A DNA stretch of 54,463 bases, filler included, from Streblomastix strix (lineage: Eukaryota), in assembly GCA_008636045.1 (NCBI GenBank). It is 3 parts of 3 records of this genome, joined end to end, with 100 filler letters (N's around TTAATTAATTAA, not from the genome) between each part and the next. Parts side by side here need not be neighbours in the genome. Positions count along the whole stretch, not along the records: positions 36,386 to 54,463 come from SNRW01000639.1; 2 more parts are not named here. One strand, 5' to 3'. The stretch's first letter is position 1; every line of letters begins with the position of its first letter. Of the stretch, positions 45,097 to 54,463 are shown piece by piece. Position numbers and translations under genes: made by a program. The notes beneath the pieces are model-generated. The model made no database searches and was not told the origin of the DNA. It worked only from the letters and a program-made list of their open reading frames with translations.

Positions 45097-48000
45097 TGAA
45101 CGCAAATCAGGACTATTCCAAAAATGTGCGTTAGTTCAGTGAGCTGGGTACGCTACAAACGCATACATAAGGCACTAATTCGAACCCCGCAGTCGATTTG
45201 CTCTTCGCGCAACTGAATATAGACGTATTTCAGTCCGATCAACAGTTAACGCCCACTATAACCACTAACGCACTCATACTACACACCGCACTGCTATAGC
45301 TCGTATTAGGATAGCTAGTGCAAATATTGTAAGGCATTACCGGAGCATCGCTGCAGAAAACTGATTTTTACGCAACAAATTTGTCGAATATGCAATTTTT
45401 TGGAGGTAATACAATGTGCAGCACGAGCTACTCAGCTTAAACAACACAAGGAGATACCAGCAGCAGATCGACAACTCTTGCCGCAACTTCAGACGATAGA
45501 CGCGCTCGCTTCATGATTATAATTGCATGCGCTGTATTTCTTGGAGCTTGATATACTTATCATTTAACACATTTGGAAAGCAATCTGAAAGAAGCACTGA
45601 ATGATACTGTCTCCTAAACAGTCCTGGCAATCAGACAAGCAGAACGCGCACATATTGCGAGAATAAGACTTTTTTCTGGGATAAATGCTCATTTATTTGA
45701 TGGAAACAGCAACTCCATGATGAGCCACGCCAACTTTGCGACAACGTAGAGATAGATTGGCATCCAGTAATTAACTTCGGGATAAAGTGTCGCTAATGTA
45801 CAAGGCAACCTAATTCTGGCAAACACTTTTTTATACCTTCAGCTCCCGTAGAGACGCTCTTAGTTGACATCAACCTAAATTACAAATAATTTACTTCTAG
45901 GAATCAACACAAAATTGGAATTACTGATTCAATAGACATAAATTTCACAGGCGCCCTCGTAAAGACCCTTTTAATCATAATTCCAGTAAAATCAACATTC
46001 ACAATAACAATCGTTATCCTTTAATAAAAGTTTATTCAATACCGCTACAAAACAGTAGCTAAATTATCAAAACTTCGTATTCCCGGACCATTCTTTAGAC
46101 CAATAATAATAAATAGCATAAATTCTCCTTGTAACTCAAAACCCTTAGTAATAAGAAGCTGACTCTGAAGGTAATCAAACCCAGAGACACAATATTTTAG
46201 CAAGGAACTCTCATACTGTGATGGAGATTGGCATTGAATCAGAATGACGCATTATAAATCCGCCACCTCTTGAAGCAAAAATCAACCAGGCCTCCTTTAA
46301 TTGATAAAAAGATTATTGGGCCACAAAATCATACCTTTTAAAGTATATAGGAAAACCAAGTGCAGGTCAGCATCATCCAGGATATGGAGAAAGACAAAAT
46401 GAAGTACAGAAAATAATAATAAGACACGCCAAAGGCGAAACCATCTCTATTGCAGATTGGAGAAAGTTTTGGAAGGAACTTGACACCGATCTTAAACTAG
46501 ATGCTGTAAGTCTATAATCCCCTGTTTCAGACTTAGAAGATCAAGGCAAAGAGAAAGATTAAAGTATTACCTTTTGGAATAATCCAAGAAAGAGATACAG
46601 ACAGGATGATAGATCAAATTCAGATGGAAATAACCAGAATTTTTAGCCAAAGTATAATAATAGAGATGAGTTCTGATCACAAGATCGAGGATAAAGAGGA
46701 GGAAGAGGAGATTACAGAGGAAAAGGCTACAGAGGAAATAAAGGTGGCGCTAATAGAGATAACCGAGCAGTAGACACATATTATAACGGTAATAACCGTA
46801 ACTGGTTTAGTGACGCTCCAAGGCCTCCAGTTGAATCAATTCCGACAATTTCTTCGAATACAGTTGTTCCAGACCTTACCCAAAAACAAGTTGCTGTTCC
46901 AACTCCCCAATTGGTAAAAACTCCCGACTCTTGGAAGTCAAATAAAACTCCAACTCCTAAATAACTATCAAAACTACCAACTCTTACTCAAATTACAACA
47001 GGTTGACATAAACCCACAAATTAACAATAATAAATAACAATAAACCATTAATCTTAAGTTTATTAGCTATCTACGTAGCCCTCAATATCAACCTCTTAAT
47101 TCTCTGAAACTACATGTTCTAATATAATACATATTCCAACTCCAAGTGTGCACTAAGTACAATAAGTATAAGATCATCATCTTCACCCTCATGTTGCTGT
47201 GTCTTCTCCACCAATCAATCCTTATAATATTGAATTACCTCCAGTAGTTGACACAAAACCTAACAATATAAATTAACCTGTAAATAACATTTTGGTATCT
47301 CAATAACAGGCATAAAACCAATAACAATTGGTAAATCAACAATAACAACTGTTCCATCAGCAGAATTAACAGTTCACTAATTATTCATACTGACTTTTAG
47401 ATTCTCCTAACTCTTGGACAAATACTACTACGTATCCAATAGGTATGAATTTTAGAGCATAATAAGAAGCTTAGAGACTTTGTAATGAGATGGTATTGCT
47501 GGATAATAGAACTAGGAAAGAATACCAAATCCATATGTAAAAAAGAGCACAGAATAATGCTCAGAAATTTTTATTGGATGGAACGCTTATGAATTTAGAA
47601 GCTAGAAGTAAAAGATTTGATAACCTCTCAAACCATCCTTTTGGAAACTTCTAATCTAGCATCAACCCAAATTAATATATTATTGACCTCGGCTAGATTC
47701 ATTCGTAAGATTAGTACGAATAATCTAATGATTTAGATTAATATCAAATTCAAAGAGATGATGATTATGATAGTAATGATGACGTATTTAGTGAAGTGAA
47801 TCTAATACAGTTGCAAGTTAGAGGTCCAAGAGGAAGAGGAAAGAAAAGTAGAGGTAGAGGAAAAGCATAATCTCAAACATAACCCCTTTATCTAGTTATT
47901 AACTTATTTAGGGATAAAACAGTCTAAGTTAGAAGACCCTGGACAGAGGCGCGGGAAGACTGGAGCAGCCAATGAGACTATAAATTCCAGCGCCTAATCT

Positions 48001-48503
48001 TCTCATATGAAGCAGATCGCTGGTGGGAGTGACTTTAATTTTGGATCAAGTATGGATATAGATATGGAATAGATGATGTAAAGGGATCTTACTCAAACAT
48101 TACATTCATCCAATGATGGCCCTATTGTATCAACAGCCCTACCATAATTGGGGACGGTATCATGGCATGCATGGGGAAATACTATTAATATTTTAGCTGC
48201 TTAACGCGCAAATATTTTGCATTAAGAATGATGAAAATGAGATGAACATACTTCAACAAGGTCATCTTGCGGCTTAACGCGCAGATGGCCTTGGATTCCA
48301 ACTCCTGATTGGACAAGAATAAGAACAATCTGAAGATGATCCTGAACAAGACCAGGGTCAATTAGACTTAAACAATCTTCCAGATGATCCAGGAAATGAA
48401 GGCCCACCGGGGCTTACATAAGAAACCAGAAGGAGCGAAGCAAAAAAAAGGCAGCACCAAATCACGCTCAAAATCTACCCGTAAGAAGAAGAAGGGCTAC
48501 TGA
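45097..48503 (+). pseudogene. Gag-like and long low-complexity (Q/N-rich, RGG-rich, Trp-rich) coding region of the DIRS element
   Basis: ATG 45097 (MNANQDYSKNVRQFSELG..), RGQRGGRGDYRGKGYRG near 46690-46740, RGPRGRGKKSRGRGK near 47820. Interrupted by TGA and frameshifts. Confidence 0.55.
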
Positions 48504-48559
48504 CAGCGCCATCGCCTCCAGAAGGCACAAGCTGATGTAGATCTAGAGGAATTAATTGG

Positions 48560-50520
48560 AGATGCAACTACCAGAGACTCCTCCTTAGAGAAGCTAAACC
48601 CAAGTATAACAACAATTGGGTGGAAAACTTATGAGATACATCACAACTTGTGAAACAATTAATTATAAAGAATTCATACAGAAAGGATTTTACCCAATCT
48701 ATAAAGATAATATCAGTCAAGAAAGACTTTAATAGAAAATGGCACAATGTCCCTTTCAAGGGAATCAAACAGAAATGCAGGCATACAAAGCGATGTTAGA
48801 AGAAGAACAATAATAATGAATAATTGTAGAGATTCCGAAAGAGCAAGATAAATGGTGGAACCTAACTTTTCTGGTTCCTAAACCTTCGGAAGAATTGAGA
48901 TAGATATTAGATGCAAGTCTTTTGAACTAAGAAATACAATCACTACATTTTTAAATAAATGGAGTCTAACAGGTTCAATACCTCCTCTTCCCTAACGATT
49001 AGGCAGTAACACTCGATCTCAAATCAGCCTTTCACCACCTAATCGTATACTATCCGCATAGAGCATACCTGGCTTTCGAATTCGATAATCACCACTATCA
49101 ATATAGTGCAATGCCATTTGGATGTAAATATTCCTTAATATTCTTTCCTCAAACACTTACCCTTTTTTTGACAGAGATTCGTAAGAGAACAGACATCAGA
49201 ATAATTAATTACTCCGACGATCTACATCTCCTTCATCAAGATAAAACCTGGCTTTTCTATTAAATACTATATATAATCAATTCCTTGGAGCATTTTGGCT
49301 GGACAATAGCTCTAAATGAATGCCAAATAACACCGAAATTGGAAATAGACTTCCTGGGATGGACATGGAATATGACAGAAATGAATATTTTTATGACTAA
49401 AATTAGAAAACATCAGTTTATGGATTAAATTAAGCAGTTTATTAAGAACACATAAAGACGTAAAATATTCAAGATTAAAGAAACAGCAGCTCTAATAGGA
49501 AGACTGAATTTCTTGAAAACTCAATTCAAGCAAGCATCATTCTACCTGATGTTAATAGATTCAGCTAAAACCAGAGCAGTCAAAACGCAAAGTTGCACTG
49601 GAATGATGGTCACACCACTTAAAGCACTGAAGGAACTTTACTGGTGGATAAGAAAAATTGCCAAAAATAAGAAATAATAGATATTTGACCCAATTCCACA
49701 AGTAACAATAGCGACAGATGCCTGACCCCAAAGGTGGGGAGCAACACTGGAACTAGATTCTGGAGAGGTTCTAGTAGCACACGGAGCATGGCTAAGCTAC
49801 CAGATACATTGTACAAGTAATAAGAAAGAACTGCTGGCCATTCACTTAGGAATAATAGCTTTCGCAAGAGTTTGCAAAGAGCTGTAGATAACCAATCTCC
49901 TAGTTAGATCAGATAACTCTACAGCTGTACTCGATTTAAGAACGCTGAGAGCAACAGACACTTTAGCGCCAGTAGTGAAGGAGATTTATCTCACTTGCCA
50001 ACATTTGAACATAAAAAATAATAACATAGCACGTATCAAGAAAGATAAACATAATACCAGATGCTCTTAGTAGATTGAGTAGATCAAAAGACTCTCACCT
50101 TCGTCCTTTTTATTTGGATCAAACAAGAATGATTTGGAACATCCTACTAACTAGCGATCAATTTGCATCGTTAACAACTATTATACTACCTCGCTATGTA
50201 ACAGCTAACATAAGAGATTAGCAAGCCCAATTGAAAGACGCATTCTCTAACACATGAGTTAATGTAGTTCTAATAGTACATACTCCAAATTGAATCTTAT
50301 CAAGAGTGATTTCATACATTAACAACGATGCGACTTTATCAATAGTGATAGCACCATGGTTGCCGGGCCAACCATAGTTTACAAGCTTAATGAATCAGTC
50401 AAGCAGGTACTTTATTCTTTGATAGTCTAACAAATGACTAATCAAGGGACTAAGCATGGATAATCCAAAAAGCTTTTTAAAACCTGGAAAGATAGTAGCA
50501 TTCCTCATGGACCAGTAGTA
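48560..50520 (+). pseudogene. DIRS pol: reverse transcriptase, RNase H and degenerate adenine-methyltransferase-like domain
   Basis: WWNLTFLVPKPS, TLDLKSAFHHL, YSAMPFG, NYSDD (49210-49221), FLGWTW; ATDA*PQRWGA, NKKELLAI, RSDNSTAV, PDALSR; DQFAS, DAFSNT*, IVIAPWLPGQP. Confidence 0.9.
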
Positions 50521-51741
50521 GAAAATGTTAGAACATTTTTAACCTAAATTATAGACAAGAGAGGTCTTTCTAGAGGTGCTTAACAATTACACATCAATGG
50601 ATAGAGATTCGAGACTTAGAGACACTACTTTTATGCAATGAGAACATTGGCAGAATTCTCCTATGAACATAGTCCTAGTATTGACCAACCATTCTCCATA
50701 AGCCCTGGATTTTTACTTTTAGAAGTGATAAACTGGTTTACAAGATGGAATCCAAGTGTTTTTTCAGCAAACACCCTCCAATCTGGCCTAGCACAATGCT
50801 CTCTCTAATTTTTGATATACCATAAATAACATCGACTCCATCAAAAACTGGCATATAGAGCAGTTTTAAACTGTAAGATCATAAACAAAAGATATTTTAA
50901 TATGTGGGACTTAAGGTAACTACATTATTATTGGCGCTCGCGACTTGATTACAAAAATTTATCAGACATAGAGATATAAACGAAACTTGCATCGCTATTA
51001 CTCTCCATAAGTTTCATCAGAATAAACAAAGCAGCCGAAATAAATTTAGCCATTTCGAACATTGATTATAGATACTAAACAGTCATTTTATGCTTATCTC
51101 CGAAAGTGAACAATTCGATTGAACAATATGAAATAAGAAGAACAGGAGATCCGAAGATCTGTCCTAATTCAACATTGTTCACTTGGCTTAATCGTTTATA
51201 TTGACATTATGGGGTGGATCCTGAACAAATTGCGAACCTTTTTTTGGAAACCTAGTGGATAACCTGCAGATAAACAACGAATCAGTCTTTGGTTGAACTC
51301 CCTTTTACGCGAAATCGGCTTCCATCGGGCAACTGTATACTCTTTTAAACGTGCAGCATCAACAGTACTAGCAAGATTAGGACTTGATACAACAAAATTG
51401 AACATTTTTGCAGACAACAGTGTATTTTCAAGAGCTACAAGCAACTAATATATATATATGCTGCGAATGCAGATATCAATGATATCGCGTCTTAGCTCGT
51501 GGGAAGTCACGGTCAAAGCTACGCTATATAAACCATCTCATAATAAAGAGGTGGAGCAATTGAACAAAGTGATATAAGTACATTATCAGGGTGTTATTCA
51601 TAACACTCTGGTAGTAGTACGTTGTTACGGAGTTCAATTGCTCAACCTCTTGCCCTCACATTTGATGAGACCCTACCCGTCGGTCGAGGAATTGAACCCA
51701 ACAGACAACACAGGAGCACGAAGCGATATGATATACATTGA
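50510..51741 (+). pseudogene. DIRS tyrosine recombinase, frameshifted
   Basis: NMWDLRQL, TKLASLLLSISFIRINKAAEI, LSPKVN, DPKICP, ATVYSFKRAAST, then the YI region near 51450 broken by a (TA)n slip. The frame continues through the internal repeat. Confidence 0.82.
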
Positions 51742-52943
51742 TCAATATGATAATGATGATATGTCTAGACAACAAAACTAATGGAGCAGTTGGAATGCTA
51801 ACGAATTAGAATACTGAAGAAGTTTTGATAAAGATTTATAACAACAGTTATAAGAAATCAAACAACAAAAAATAGCAACACTAGAATTTTTTATTTACTG
51901 CGTGATGCATTTTGCTCGGTTTTTTGTACGAATTTAATATTCTTTTCTCACTCTCGCAACAACGAGAATAGTATGGTGAGTGAGTCTTTCTTTTAATGTT
52001 TTCCTCACATATCAATTCTTATTCCTTTAATTGTTTAAATCTTTTCTCTGTTTTTCTCGTAACAGGGATTTTCAGATTCATCGTATATTAACATTTCAAG
52101 CTTTCTTTAAATTTTAAATAATGTCCTACTCATATGGATGGACAGCTCGTGGGAGCATCCAGTCCCTACGGCCGAGTATGGCAGTCTCGTAATAAAGAGG
52201 TTGAGCAATTGAACGAAGTAACATAAATACATTGCTAGGGTGTTAATTATAACACTCTGGTAATTAATATCTGTTAAAAATCAAACAATAAAAAAAATTT
52301 AAACTATTGTTGTTTGTAAAAAGTCAAAAAATAAATATAAATAAAAGTTTTCAAGAAAATTTCTAAATTTAATTGGTTACAATAATAACTTAAAATTATG
52401 ATGAATAGTCATTAAATATTTAATATATAAAGTTTATGATAGAATTATTTAATAAATATGTCTTGTTCGCAAAATCGTCAAAAAAATTTCTAATAAAAAT
52501 GACAAGGCTATGTTTATAGAATTCCTATAAAATGGTAAGTAATCAGCATATGATGTTGAATTATTCAAAATAAAAGTAGAAATAAGTAAATTTTTATTGA
52601 ATATGAACACTTTTAAATTTTTTAAAATCTTTCTTATGAAAATACTACTCAAAGAATTAGAATAAAACATTTTAAAATGATATGTACAGATCTAAAAAAA
52701 ATTACATATCTATTAATCAAATACAAATAAAACTAAACAATATTCTGAATGAAAACAGTGGTTAAAATTTCTAAAAAAATTCATTCAAGATCTTCCTTCA
52801 ATATTCATGCAAACATCATATATTCGTGTGTAAATGTCCTTTAATATTACAATAATAAGATATTAATTAAAAAAGTGAAGTTTGAAACTATAAAAGTGGT
52901 TGAATCAAGAAAATTAAATAAAAATCCGAAACTCACCATCGTC

Positions 52944-53085
52944 GAGTATGCGGATTAATTTAAATACAAAAAAGAAATGTATATATATTTTATAGTCATA
53001 TTATTTATTCAATACAAACCCGCACCTATTATTTAAATCCGTCCGGAAATCCTCGATTTTTTGTCGATTTTTTAAAGGTCTGAAT
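52944..53085 (+). repeat. Dispersed repeat copy B, possibly an orphan transposon end
   Basis: Matches 36386-36510 and is preceded by GAGTATGCGG at 52944. Confidence 0.7.
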
Positions 53086-53105
53086 AAAATAAATTAAAAA
53101 AATAA

Positions 53106-53934
53106 TAGGCCTGGTGAAATTTTGTCAAAAAATAGGTATTTCCGGCCCGGCCATACGCGGCTGTTTCCGGCTCTTTATTTTATATTTATATGATGTAACA
53201 ATATATGTGTGATATATTTATGGTGGTATAATCATGGAAAAGTGCGAGCTACCAGGAATTAATTTTTTTTTTATTTCTCCTATTTTAGGGAGCTTGAATG
53301 GTTTAATCTAATTTGTTTCTATTTATTATCTCTTCATTTATTGTTATAAGTTATATTTGCTAACTTAAAGAAAGAATTTATGATTAGATTAGTGCTATGA
53401 CAATATTTATTTTAAACACTAATTTTAGCTTTATACATAATACAATTTTGTTTTAATTGTTTGAATTAATAAATTATAAAATTCAATTCTTTAGAAATGG
53501 TTATCTGATTTCATTTTATTCTTCAACATTATCATTATTTTTCTTTCATAAAAATATCCTTGCTTTTTATCTTTGTATATAATTAAAAAATACTTATTTT
53601 CTGAAAAAAATGTATATAAATCATGTAATTAAATAAATTTAAACTTAAAATATTAACATTTGGTGGTCGTATTCATCACAATTTGGCAAAAAATAAAAAA
53701 CGCTAATTTCAAACCGAGAGGTAATTTTATAAATTATATATAAGAATTCATACATATTTTAAATATAAATTTATAATATAATAATTTTATTAGTTAAAAC
53801 ATTCAATTAAGAAAAAAAAATTTCAAAAAATTTTTTTTCCTCATAAAATTTTATTAGATAGCCGGGTTAGGCCGGGTCAATAAAATTCAAAACCCGGCTT
53901 TTCCGGGCATAGCCGGGATTTTTTGCCAGCCCTA
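53106..53934. mobile_element. Non-autonomous hAT-like element, 829 bp
   Basis: Left TAGGCCTGGTGAAA versus reverse complement of right TAGGGCTGGCAAAA (11/14). Clustered CCGG/GCCGGG motifs at both ends. No TSD match. Confidence 0.7.
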
Positions 53935-53977
53935 ATTTATTTTCGTTTATTTACACTCTTTCCTTTTTTCAAAATGT

Positions 53978-54463
53978 TCAAATGGATTCTTATTAGTTGT
54001 AATCAATAAGCAATTATTTTTCTTCCAATGATCCAGATTTCTTTTTCTTTAGAACAAAAATAATATAAATTAATTTCAAATTAATTATTAGTTCAAAAAG
54101 CAATAAGCATACCTTCCAATACAAAACATACAGTATGATTATAGCAACAATAACAAGTAGAATTAAAGAACCACAAATTATCCCAATAATTGCATATTTA
54201 TTTTAATACCACTTCTTAGTAGAATAAGATGAAGGATTTGGTAGAGTGATATTTCCAGTCACTGTTTCTTCATCCCTACGATGCATCTCATAATACACAC
54301 TCCCATTCAAAATATCTGAGGTACTTCCATTGAACATTGCTGTGATTAAACCTTTGATATTGTCTTTGGTCCATTCATCTGGTGGATTGGAGAAATTCAA
54401 AAAAGCATCTTATCCAACAGTTTGATTGTTGCTGCTGTTGATGAAAGAATTAAAATTGAAGTT
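53978..54463 (-). CDS. 3' end of a type I membrane glycoprotein gene
   Basis: Sequons NQT, NFS, NGS x2, NIT; hydrophobic AIIGIICGSLILLVIVAIIILYVLYW; basic KKKK; intron 54047-54112; tail SGSLEEKQLLIDYNQQESI then TGA. Confidence 0.75.

Larger units (their letters stand above)
44932..52263 (+). mobile_element. DIRS-type tyrosine-recombinase retrotransposon, 7332 bp, about 143-bp inverted terminal repeats plus internal complementary region; decayed
   Basis: 44932-45074 is the imperfect reverse complement of about 52120-52263. Order: gag-like, RT, RNase H, MTase-like, YR. Internal terminal-repeat copy at 51494-51650. Confidence 0.92.

Overview
AT-rich eukaryotic genomic DNA with short GT-AG introns, read with a non-standard code: TAA/TAG = Gln and TGA the only stop (table 6). 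The supplied standard-code ORF track therefore fragments or misses nearly every gene. The code, intron style and gene families suggest an oxymonad such as Streblomastix (inference; a ciliate is not excluded by the code alone). Two N44-TTAATTAATTAA-N44 linkers split the window into three contigs. Contig 1 (1-18093): a Polinton/Maverick-like remnant (SF3 helicase, iteron-like duplicated spacer, broken protein-primed DNA polymerase B), then RidA, GPI, IFT81, DCP1, a large pseudokinase and a Ser/Gln-rich ORF. Contig 2 (18194-36285): an ArfGAP/CFAP54 chimera, an F-box/SPRY-like gene, a 6-kb intron-containing hAT transposon, RUVBL2, MOB4 and a MINDY deubiquitinase. Contig 3 (36386-54463): mostly decayed elements (hAT MITE with an exact 8-bp TSD, Sola-like transposase, HECT pseudogene, a 7.3-kb DIRS-type tyrosine-recombinase retroelement with three lox/dif-like 32-bp palindromes, a second MITE) and the 3' end of a type I membrane protein gene. 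All calls come from manual translation and motif recognition; no searches were run.
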